NCBI RefSeq assembly: GCF_016432865.1
Contig: NC_067403.1
Span: 201,872,001 to 201,936,000 of the forward strand
DNA length: 64,000 nucleotides
Origin: Antechinus flavipes
Taxonomy: Eukaryota
Direction of reading: 5' to 3'
The notes beneath the pieces are model-generated. The model did no database searches, was not told the origin of the DNA, and was given only the letters and a program-made list of their open reading frames with translations. The translations under genes and the position numbers were made by a program. Shown here one piece after another: positions 53,771 through 64,000 of the stretch; within the stretch, counting starts at the first letter, position 1, and each line of letters starts with the position of its first letter.

Positions 53771-56179
53771 TATCTCTGTCATTATAGAAAGATAATGGGC
53801 TGGGCCTAGCATTGAACAGGAAAGTATATATGAATTACATTTGGGAAACTATATAGAACTGTTAGTGATCCCAAATTGCTTGCTACCATAGAGACCCATT
53901 TTATAGCACCAACATTTTCTTGATAAGGTTACATGTCTGTGAATTATGGAGCATCATGATCTCAGAAAAATCAAAATGACAAGTAATCCTACAGGTAATG
54001 GAAAGAGCATTGGTGGGTATAAGTAAGCTAAAGCATATTACCAACAACTTGAACATAAAAGTGGTATAAAAAGCCTTTCCAAGGACATATATGATCTCTC
54101 GTTGGATGGTCACATAGCAGATGAATAGAGGAGCAGGGCAGAAGGAGTAAGATGAACAAGAGACAACCTGTGTGCTACACTGATAATGTAAAGATATTAA
54201 AAGAGCCTGGGGTCACTAGGTAGTAGAGGATGTTTTATGAAGGATTTGTGGGAGGGCATCAAAAGTAAGAATCAAACAGGCTAAAATACATACTATCAAG
54301 TACATGGCACTGTGCTAAACACTTTACAATTATTTCTCATTGAATTCTCTAATCCTGGGAAGTAGATGCCATAGTGATCCCTGTTTTATTGATGAAACTG
54401 AGAAGAAATTAAATGCCTTGACCACCATCACCCAGCTAGTATCTAAGGCCATATTTGAACTCAGATTTTTCTGGCTATAGGCACAGTGCCACCATCTACA
54501 TTGCATATGTCCAAAGTATATGCGCTGAAGGAAACAAATACACATTTACTAAGAATCATTGCCAAATATTCTGCTAAATGCTTTATAAATATATTATTTA
54601 ATTCTCACAACCTTGGAAGATAGATGTTATTATTATCTCCATTTCATAGCTAAGGAAACTGGGGCAGACAGAAGTTGAGTGACTTGCCCAATACCATACA
54701 TCTAGTAAATGTCTGAGACTGGATTTGAATCCAGGGATTCTTGAAACCGGAGAACTCAGTCCACTATCCACTAGGTATCCTCAATCAAGAACCAGCTGAA
54801 TGGACTACCTACTTAATTGAATTTCTAAAACAAATTTTTCAAAAGTTTTAAAGATGAATTATGCATCAACTTTTTAACTTAGTAAAATCATATAATTTGG
54901 AAAATCATATAATTTACATATGATGGAATTTTAAGAATCTAAACAACATTTAAACAATCCAAGCAACTTCATCCGCTTGTTTCTATTTCTGAGGCTAGTC
55001 AGGGTAAACTTTTAAGTCTTTTTTAAAAACACATTTATAAATCTCCGACTCATTCAGAGATCTGATTATTTCAATACAAGGCCATTTGAAATGAGACTCA
55101 CTAGGATTTCACTATCTCTAGGGAATTCCTCTTTCATTTGGATTCTGTCCTAGATATCTTCCATGATAATTGTAAACATCTTTAGTGAGCCCATGTGTCT
55201 CCGTTTTATACCCCATTTGTTACAAATAATCAAAAGATAATCAACTAAACAAGCAAAATCTTGTTATTTTCCCCAACAGATTTAGTATTATTTTAACACA
55301 GGCAAAGAAAACACCTGGTTGGAGAAGAGCCTTTACAACTTTCATTTTGTTCTTCCAAGTAATTTTTTTTGGTAGTGAGATCTTACTTCCTTAAAATAAT
55401 TTACCAAAATTCAGTCTACTCTAGAATTTATTTATAAAAGTCTTCCTATTCCTTCTCATATTTTCATCAAATAAATCTCTGATAATTATGTAGATTCCCT
55501 TCATAAAATTTTTTTTCAGAGATGACAAAGTAAGGCTATAACTCAATAGACACTACTTTTCTCTTGAATGACATTTTTCTATAGGGATACTATGCAAATA
55601 ATATCTATGATTTCCCCCTAGTTTTTCCAGTGTTTTTGCTGCCATTGGGTATCATGAGACTTATTTTCTTCTATCTTCAAAATGGTGTGGCCTTCACTAT
55701 GGCCCTTTTCTGTATATACCTGGTTTGTTCCAATTGTTCCTTTTTAGCTTTATATGATTTAATGATATATCAAATTCTTTCTGCAGCATAATGCCAATAG
55801 AAATGCTTGAATCCAAGTAAAGTGGCTCTACTGTGATTTGAGGGAAGATTCATTATAGAAATATTAACAGTTCTTTCCCAAATTTTTGTTTGTTTGTTGT
55901 CCTATTCTAGTTTCATTTATAAATTTCTTGGGATGATCTGGCCTAAATGGATCTCATTCCAAACTTTCTCCTGTTTTCCCTTTGTGACTTCTTGCTGTTT
56001 TATGAGGAGATATAACTAAGAACTTCCACCAATCCTCTATATGGTTTTACAAAGGAGTTTATATTCAAAACCCATGTTCCTTCATAAATCTCTAATTAGC
56101 CACCATGATGGCAGAAGTGGAACCATGCCTTTGAGAACCCATGGCTACCATCACACCACAGTATATATTTCTAGTGGGA

Positions 56180-56390
56180 ATTTTGTGGAAGAACTTGTCA
56201 CTGTCCTTCCTAAAATGCGTTATACTGAATTGAACACAATAATCCAAATGTGGTCTTAACCAGGATAGGTGACAGAACTATCACTTCTTTCAATCTGGTT
56301 GTTATGCTTCTCTTCCTATGTTCTCATTAAATTAGACCTTTTAACTATCATGTCACTTTGTTAACTCATATTTAGCCCATTAATGTTCCA
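56180..56390 (-). mobile_element. CR1/L3 LINE relic
   Basis: gtccttcctaaaatgcgttatactgaattgaacacaataatccaaatgtggtctt resembles the reverse complement of the L3 RT end. Confidence 0.7.
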
Positions 56391-56487
56391 AGATTATGTT
56401 CTGCTCATGACTTCATCCTACAGTACCCAGGAGTAAACCTCTATCATACAACAATCACTATAGTCATACTAATGAACCTGCTATTTA

Positions 56488-56700
56488 ATAGGAATTTCTT
56501 AATATTTTTTGTGTTGTGGATTCCTTTGAAAATTTGGTGAATCCCATGAACCTCTTCTTGGGGTCATATTTTTAAATTTGTAAAATATATAGGATTATAA
56601 ATAAAGCCAATTATGTCAAAATAAGAATGCAATTTTTTTTTTTCTCACCCAAGTTTATGGAATCCCTGAAGTCTATAGACCCCAGATTAAAAACCTCTGC
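56488..56700. mobile_element. Old hAT-like MITE (MER-type)
   Basis: aggaatttcttaat...gaccccagattaaaaacctctg, with degenerate terminal inverted ends. Confidence 0.5.
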
Positions 56701-57433
56701 TGCAGGTAATCTCAAGAAGAGCTGGTCATTAGTGTCATAAGGGAGAAAGTTTATACAAGAAATTCAGTTGCTCTCCTGTTCTTCCCATTCCCCATCCTTG
56801 GACAGACTAGCTCTGTAGACACACATATTCATATCAGTCTTGGTCTCCCTCTAGTGGAGGGAGGGATTAACCATAGCTTAAGGGCATCAGTAACACACCC
56901 AAGATCTTATCTTAAGAGAACATTGTGTATACTACCTTTGGACTCGGGGACAACTCAACAGCCTCTGAGTGCCCAGGACAGAGTATCTAGCTGAAGCTCA
57001 AGACATAGTAAACTATTAGAGTAATAATAAATCCAAGGAGAAGATTAATGGAGCATTATAGTAATCCAGAAGCCACTGTAGCTGTGTAACTAAAAGAACT
57101 CTCAACACTAAATAAAGTAGGTTTTATTGACTCAACAGTATGAATTTAATCTACCAGGGAAAGCTGCATTTAAGAATTAGAATTGGGTAAAGTGATTCTT
57201 GTTGGGACCTTTTCCTACTTCTCTCTTATGTTAGACCAATATATCTCTTTGGGAACCCCATATTCAGGAGATCCCTCAGAAAAGACTTGTCTGTTCCAAA
57301 TAAACTTTAAGATTTCAGCCTCTGCTAAACAAAATGCAGCCCTACTTGCTAACATAGGGATGACATACACAGTCTTTAAGCATGCTCCCTGGAGGAAGGA
57401 TAATAAGAGCAAAAGCAACAGGAAAAAGCAAAC

Positions 57434-57482
57434 CTCTTCTGCAGTCATCTTGTCAGCCTGGGACATCAGCAGCCGCTTTATA
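57434..57482 (-). CDS. MYL5: MYL5 exon 6 (49 bp)
   Basis: tattag|T ATA...GAG|gtttgc. Encodes (Y)IKRLLMSQADKMTAEE. Confidence 0.95.
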
Positions 57483-57669
57483 CTAATAAAAACAGAAGGG
57501 AAAATCATCCTGGTTAGTTCAACCTTTTTTAAGCTAAACATCACAGTATCCCAATGAACAATCAGATTCAAACCCAGAACTTTGGCTTCCAAGGGATGAA
57601 TTTTTCAGCCACTTATGTGAGTTACAGAAAGGGAACCATTAAGAAATTAAGTCTCTTTTAGAATTGTTT

Positions 57670-57797
57670 NNNNNNNNNNNNNNNNNNNNNNNNNNNNNNN
57701 NNNNNNNNNNNNNNNNNNNNNNNNNNNNNNNNNNNNNNNNNNNNNNNNNNNNNNNNNNNNNNNNNNNNNNNNNNNNNNNNNNNNNNNNNNNNNNNNN
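57670..57797. other. Assembly gap (128 N)
   Basis: Run of N. Confidence 1.
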
Positions 57798-58055
57798 AGA
57801 AAGATGCCATGTCCTTCCAACATTTTGGCTAAACTCTGGCTCTCAGCAGGGTTATCTCTCACTCCTGAGGACCTGGCTTTTTAAGTCTGATCCCTCTCTT
57901 AATTCCTCTGGCCCCCACTCTTGACCTTTTTTTTTTTTTTTTTTTCCATTTTCTGTGACCAGGAACCTTTCACAATCCCTTAATCCATCCTGCCACATTC
58001 CTTATCCCTCCATCCCTGCATCCCCACATCCTCAAAACAAATTGAAGAGATTTAC

Positions 58056-58134
58056 TAATCCTTGTTGATGCTCCCTTTGGCATCTGGGTCCAGCATCTTA
58101 AAGGCATTCAGTATCGTCTCCTCTGCATCCGTCC
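58056..58134 (-). CDS. MYL5: MYL5 exon 5 (79 bp)
   Basis: ctgcag|GG ACG...GAT TA|gtaaat. Encodes (G)TDAEETILNAFKMLDPDAKGSINKD(Y). Confidence 0.96.
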
Positions 58135-58730
58135 CTGCAGGAACAACCAGAAAGATGAAATTCGCTCAGACCTTGTGAAGATTCTAACTGAGTCTTCCTT
58201 CCCTCCAGAGTCTTCAGGTCTGGGACTGCCAGAGTTGAGACCCCAGGTGCATCCGCTCTAGCCCCCTCATTTAAAAAAGAAGAAACCTAATGGAAGGGAC
58301 TTGTTTAAAGGAACACAGAAGAATGGTCACAGGTTTAGGACCAGAGAACCATGGCTGCTGAGGTCCACTTTCCTACAGTGGAGAGACATCTGGGCTTGAA
58401 ATCAGGTGAAATCTAGCTTTTTGCTTGATCCTGGGAAAGCCATAGCCCCTTTGAGTCTCAGTTCCCTCATTTATAAAATGGCAGTACCATGTTTGCACTC
58501 ACTACCTCATAGGGTTGCTGTGAAGCAAGTGCTCAGCTAACTTTAAATGTTAATAAAGAAATATCAATTAAAATATTATTGATGCTATTCTGTCTAATTA
58601 CTGCTGTTTTGTGGAAGAGACAGAAGAAGCAGATGGTTTGATGGGGGCCAAGGAGACCCCCAGCAGGAGCCCATGCCCGAGGCCAGCAGGCCATCTGCCC
58701 TCTACCTCAGCTACAGCTTAGGGCACTCAC

Positions 58731-58835
58731 CATTCAGCTTCTCTCCAAACAGGTTCAGGAACATTGTGAAGTTGATGGGGCCTGAGGCCTCCTTCAGCAT
58801 AGCATCCAGCTCATCATCTTTAACATTAGTCTTGC
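58731..58835 (-). CDS. MYL5: MYL5 exon 4 (105 bp)
   Basis: taacag|GC AAG...AAT G|gtgagt. Encodes (G)[34 protein letters not shown]. Confidence 0.97.
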
Positions 58836-58844
58836 CTGTTATTA

Positions 58845-59350
58845 GAGAGGCAAGGAAGGAGGGAGGGAGTGGGGAAGGATAGAGATAGGGAAAGAAAGTG
58901 AAAAGATGTGAGACAAGGGGAAAGGGGAACAGGGGAACACAAAGAAAAAGAGAGGGAGGGGAAGAGGAAAGGACAGAGAGGGGGAGAGGAGTGAAGGAGA
59001 AAGGAAAAGAGAGGGAGAAAGAAGAGAGGGGGGGAGGGGAAGAGAAAGAAAAAAGGAGGTATGGGGACAGAAGAGGGAGGAAGGAAAAAAAGAAAAAAAA
59101 AAGATTAGGGAGGAAGGGAGTGAAATTGGCAGGAAGAGACAAAGAGGGAAGAGGAGAGGAGGGACAGAGAAATGGGGGTGGTTTGGGGTTGGAGTAGAGA
59201 GTCCAGGACAAAAGGAATAAAGAAACAGAAACCAGGAAAAGGAGAGATGGGGAGGGAAAGATAGGAGAGAGAAGGAGAGGGCAGAGCCAGGGATAAAGAG
59301 AAGCAAAGATAGATAAGTTGAGAAAGAGGGACAAAGGCAAAAAAGTGGAG
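58845..59350. repeat. About 500-bp polypurine (GA-rich) tract, a polypyrimidine tract on the MYL5 pre-mRNA
   Basis: Visible directly; immediately upstream of the MYL5 exon 4 acceptor. Confidence 0.92.
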
Positions 59351-60049
59351 ATACATAAGTTTTCTTCCTGCACGTGAATTATAAGGGGGAAAAATGTCAC
59401 TAGTATCAGAATCCTCTAAGGCTGTGTCCAAGCCCCCATACTCTTAAATGGCCAAACCTCATCCCTGAAACTTCTAGACTATTTGGGTAACAATAACTAG
59501 TAAGAGCAGCATGATGTAGTAGACAGTATTCTGGGCATGGAGCCAGGAAGGCCGGGGATCAGATCCCACTCCTGACACTTATTAGGTCTGTAATTCTGGG
59601 CAATCATTTATCACATAAATTCATAATTCAGATATGACTTAGGTAGCATGTAGTCTAAGCCCCTCATTTTACTGATAAGAAAATGGAGCTCGAGAAATAT
59701 TAAAACCTGCCCAGGACCATGCATCTTGGCTATTAAGTGTCAGAGACAGGTTTGGAGGCCGGGTCGGTCTTCAGTCCAGGGCTCTGTGCCTTATGCCATC
59801 TGCCTTTCTGAATTAACTTCTCTAAGTTAAGCACTGGCTTGTTCTAAGTCACACAGGCTGACATTACAGGTGCTGCCAGTATTTGAGTAAATGATTCTCC
59901 CCTCAACAAATTATCTTGGGTAGAAGGGCAATGAGCAGAGCCCAGAAGTGAATAAGCAGGACAGAACAGGATGGAGTAGATTTGGAAAATGGTAAAGGAT
60001 TTTTAGTGACCCTGAGCTCTTCCCTGACACAAAAGCCTGTTTTTAAATA

Positions 60050-60415
60050 TTATTATTCTCCCAGTGATGAATCCCACTGGTTGTGAATCATGGAATTCCA
60101 TACCAAGGGAAGCAAACAAACTTCAAGGAGCCCCAAAGGATGATGAAGAACTCCATGGTGGGTGTGAGTGGGTTGCAGCACATTATCGCTGATGGCTTCT
60201 ATAGGAAAAGTGATGTAAAAAATGTCATCAAAGAAATTTATGTCCATAAATGGAAGTGGGCTAGTTGTGCAGTGAAAATAAGGGCCTGGGTGCTCTAATG
60301 GTATTCACAGAATGCTAAAAGATCTCAAGGAAGGCCTTGGGGCTGGATCCCCTGGCAGATTTATGAGAGGGCAGGGCAAGAATTATACAGGATGAGAAGA
60401 CGTGAATGGATTGAG
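60050..60415 (+). mobile_element. RTE-clade LINE 3' relic
   Basis: gtgaatcatggaattcc...gatgtaaaaaatgtcatcaaagaaatttatg...ggaaggccttgg...caggatgagaagacgtgaatggattg. Confidence 0.7.
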
Positions 60416-61539
60416 CTCTAGGCCAGCTGAGTGCTCACATCAATGAGATAATGGACCCACTGATGGATGAGGGTACAATAATAAGAAGGATCATCATAAA
60501 TATAACAGCTCACCCTTGTTTGGTGCTTTGAACCTTTCCAAGAGCAGAATCACATCACTGGATCCTCACATCAATCATGGGACAGAAGCAAGACAGGGAA
60601 AATTACCTCCTCAAATCTCCTATCTCCTCTCATTCAGCAGCTATCAGTATTCTTCTTGCTTGTTTGTTTTTAGGACTGGGTATTCTTTAGCAACCAGGCT
60701 AAAAATGTGGCAGCCAGTCTGTAGGCCTGAATCCAATAGTGGTGAGCAGGGAAGCTTTGTCCTGCTCCATTTTCCTGATTTGGACTGAAATGCCCCTCCT
60801 TAAGCAGCCTCTACTTCAGGCTCCCTGTTCCTTTAATACCTTTTTGGACTCTGTTTCAATGACCAGACTCTGCCCATTTCACCTCATCTGCTCCTTCCCT
60901 TTTATATTGTGGAGCCTAGAATTAGATATGGGGATTTTTAACCAATTGTGATCAAAGGAAGCCTCCATGCCATCTTCTTCCTTATGCTGTGAGATTTCCA
61001 GTTCTTTACCCATTGGGACTTTCGTTTTTTCACCTTGTGCCAAAGCCCTGGATTTTCTCCCTAGAACTGTATATTCTGCCCAGGACCCAAGTGAATTTCC
61101 CTTCAGGTTTTGGCTAAATCTGGCCAGAATTCACTCCCTGCCTCCCCTTTCTAATTCTCATTTGTCCCCATAACCCTTAACACCCACATCCAAGAATTAA
61201 ATGTTAGTCCCAAAATACGTAGTTTATGTTATGTTACTGTTCCCTCATTTTATTTTCACACAAAAAGAACAGAAAGGCAAGAAGTGTATGGCAGTAAAAC
61301 AAGACCCTGGCCTTGATTCAGGACCCATGGGCTCCTCCATTTCTTACTCCCTGTTCAGCCTTCCTGGAAGGTTGAGATGATAGAAGGGAAAAGACTTTGT
61401 AACTGTAGAGTGCTGTACACATGAGGGATTATTAATATGATTAATTTTTATGATATCCTGATAATGAAATGTTCTTGAAAATCATTCATATAATTTAAAA
61501 AATCAGTTTAGGATGGATTTTCCATCTGAGAATACATAC

Positions 61540-61615
61540 CTAGGGAGGCGTAGGTATCTTTCAAGTCCTCCTTGTCGATAAATCCATCCCTATTCTGATC
61601 CATGAGTGTGAACGC
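61540..61615 (-). CDS. MYL5: MYL5 exon 3 (76 bp; EF-hand 1 metal-binding loop)
   Basis: tttcag|GCG...CTA G|gtatgt. Encodes [25 protein letters not shown]. Confidence 0.97.
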
Positions 61616-61760
61616 CTGAAAACAAATGGGGCAAATCAGAGATGAGGGGGATGGAAGGAGAAGGGGAGAAGAGATCTTTTTGGGTGTCAGTGGGGCATAT
61701 ACTATTAGCTAGCTGTGCTGACTCATTCCTCATGCTTATGTTCACAGAGAGAGACTATGT

Positions 61761-61778
61761 TGTGTGTGTGTGTGTGTG
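61761..61778. repeat. (TG)9 microsatellite
   Basis: Visible directly. Confidence 0.9.
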
Positions 61779-62021
61779 TTTTAAATAAAATGAAGAATCT
61801 GCATAGACCCAGGTATTACCCCAATTCCTTCTCAAGGCGATAGGCTTGTGTTACTTTAAATCAATCCCAAATAGGGAAATCAAAATAGATACAGATGCTA
61901 ACATAAGGGGAACAAGAGGGTATGCTTTGGGTTTCCTGAAAGGAAAAGTTCTTAGGAGCACTTGGGGCTGGTCAGAGGAGAGGGAGAAAAAGGGTAGAGA
62001 TAAAATGGGAAGGAAACTTAC

Positions 62022-62129
62022 TTCTTTAAATTCCTGAATCTGTGTCTGTTCAAAGTTGGAAAAGACATTGGATGAGGCCCTCTGAGCACGAAGAGCACCA
62101 CCTTCCTTCTTCTTGGTCTTCCTACTGGC
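62022..62129 (-). CDS. MYL5: MYL5 exon 2 (108 bp)
   Basis: ttttag|GCC...GAA|gtaagt. Encodes ASRKTKKKEGGALRAQRASSNVFSNFEQTQIQEFKE, the MYL5-type N-terminus. Confidence 0.97.
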
Positions 62130-62699
62130 CTAAAATGGAAGCAAATAATTCAGAGGTAACCAAAGGGTCTCTGAAAATCATTAAGGATTCCTCCCCCTCC
62201 CCCACATCCAGGCTAGGAGGCCCAGGGAATAGTATCATTATCAATTCTCCCCTCCTTCCCTCTATCCCAAGAAGGAAAAGTATTATAAGGCTCACTAATT
62301 CAAACCAATTATTCTTTCCATACCTAAATCCAATTCCCTCCAATTTATGTGAGGGAATCATTCCTTTCTTCTTATGTACTTTAATGTATTCCTTCCTCTC
62401 TAGGAACATTTTCCCCAATCACAAAATAGTCTTTCTTATTCATACCTGAGAGTCCACAGGTAGATTTCAGGGAGCTCTATGAAATCATTTTTTATTTTTC
62501 ACATTTTGATAATTGTGAGGCAATATAGTTTCCTTAGTAATCCTATGTATTTTTGTGACTTTTAAAAATATTATTTTGAACTGGGATCCATGGGCTTCCT
62601 CAGACTAACCAAGGGGTCCACACCACAAAAAAGTGAAGAATTTCTAACACAGGGCTAAAGTTCCATAATTTTCCTCCTCTTCATCGCTTTCATTGCATC

Positions 62700-63900
62700 C
62701 ATTTAAAAAGTTAGCAATGGATAATGTCTCCACTGATTGACTCCTAATTTTCTTCTCAGCCCCTTGTAATTGAGTTTCCACTTCACTCCCCTATTGATGA
62801 TGGTCACCAATGACCTAATTGTCAAATTGAAGGGCCTTTTTTAATCTTCCTCCTCTTCTCTTCTCCTTTTCCTCCTCCTCCTCCTCTTCCTCTTCCTCTT
62901 CTTCTTCTTGTTCCTCCTCCTCTTTCTTATGTTCAGGTTCCCTCCAGCACACCCAATACTGCAGTCTTTTCCTTTCTTCTTTCAGTTCAGACTCACCATA
63001 CTTTCTTCAGTCTCCTGACCTTCTCATCTGTCTAATTACATCATCTGTCTGCCTCTTTAAGGTTGTATCCTCAAGGTTGTATCCTTGACCTTCCTCCCTC
63101 TCCACACTCTTTCCCTTGGTAATCTCACTCATTCCTACAGTTTTATTTCTCCTATACTCATTCTATCAGACAATGGCCAAAACTTTATCCTTCATCCTGT
63201 GCTCCAGAGCTGTAAATCCAAATATATGGAAGATATCTATCTTTCATGAGAGGTTCCACTAGCCTCCTTCCAGGAATGGCAGAGTTAATTAACTTCCCCC
63301 CAATCATTCTCCTCATTTTGGCTTTACTATTTCAGTCTGCAGTGCCTTCCTTCATTCATCGTCACCCTATTTATAACCTTGGAATATCTTTAACCATTCC
63401 CTCTCCTTCACTTCTCCTAAAGACTCCATTACCAAATCTTTTCAATTCTGCTGTGATGATCTTGCTTTTACTTCCTTCCCTGTATCCTCCTGTCATCCCC
63501 TTCTTACAGGCTCTCATTAACATATATCTGGACCTGTGTAATAGACTTTTTTTCTCCTCTACAGCAATGGGATTAAGTAATTCACAGCAGGTCACATAGC
63601 TAATAAATGTTAAGGGTCTGGGGCAGAATTTGTATTCAGGTACTCCTGACGCCAGGGCCAGGGTTCTGTCTACTGTGCCACATAGCTGCCCTCAACTCTT
63701 AATATTTTTTCCTGCCCTTGCTTTTTCCTTCTTCTAGACTCTAGCCACAATTATAACTTTTTTATTCATAAAGCTGGTCATGTCACTGTTCAAACATCTT
63801 CAATGATTCCCTATTACCTGAGCAAAGGTCAGATTCCTCTGCTTGCATGTCCCCACAATCTGCAGGTACTTTACCTTTTTAGTTTTATCTTATTAACTTG
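62700..63900 (+). mobile_element. L2 LINE relic with an internal (TCC/TTC)n tract at about 62846-62925
   Basis: ggtcaccaatgacctaattgtcaaattgaagggcctttt...tcaaggttgtatccttgacc...cccttggtaatctcactc. Confidence 0.7.
62997..62999 (-). CDS. MYL5: Candidate MYL5 exon 1 coding part (ATG only)
   Basis: Regulatory light chain genes end exon 1 with the ATG. This is the only strong ATG|GTGAGT junction upstream of exon 2 in the window (aagtATG|gtgagt), but it lies inside an L2 relic. Confidence 0.35.
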
Positions 63901-64000
63901 ACCACGAATTCTATATCTCAGGAAAGTGGGCAATTTCTCCTCTCCCCCCAAATAAATACCCCATATCCTATATTCTCCCGTTTCTATAATTTTGCTTGGG

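Noticed and set aside
54770-56060. Very old LINE ORF2-like segment in MYL5 intron 6
   Set aside because: Only faint motifs (KTPG-like); family and strand could not be assigned by eye.
58711-59400. 229-aa ORF rich in Leu/Pro/Ser/Phe ending in MYL5 exon 4, plus overlapping 154-, 99- and 108-aa ORFs
   Set aside because: Artefact of the polypyrimidine tract, which lacks stop codons; only 58731-58835 is a real exon.

Overview
Eukaryotic, AT-rich, transposon-dense window from a marsupial, probably a dasyurid. That inference rests on WSINE1- and MAR1-type SINEs, marsupial L1 3' ends and OC1-like hAT MITEs; four N gaps suggest a short-read assembly. Two protein-coding genes lie tail-to-tail, as at human 4p16.3. 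SLC49A3 (MFSD7, an FLVCR-family MFS transporter) is on the + strand, with exons 2-10 at 10016-47576; exon 1 was not found and is probably upstream of the window. MYL5 (myosin regulatory light chain 5) is on the - strand, with exons 2-7 at 62129-49502 and a tentative ATG-only exon 1 at 62997-62999. All listed exons have GT-AG boundaries and consistent phases. The rest is L1, L2, CR1/L3 and RTE LINE relics, CORE-SINEs, hAT MITEs, a 7SL retrocopy split by an L1, and low-complexity DNA. I found no clearly new biological system. The best leads are a 526-nt AG-free zone before MYL5 exon 4, a probable antisense overlap of the two 3' ends with interlocked poly(A) signals, paired ARE/MARE sites in SLC49A3 intron 1, an intronic ORF in frame with exon 3, and two local templated duplications. 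Repeat boundaries are approximate unless a target-site duplication (TSD) is given. Comparisons to human proteins and repeat consensi are from memory and need checking.
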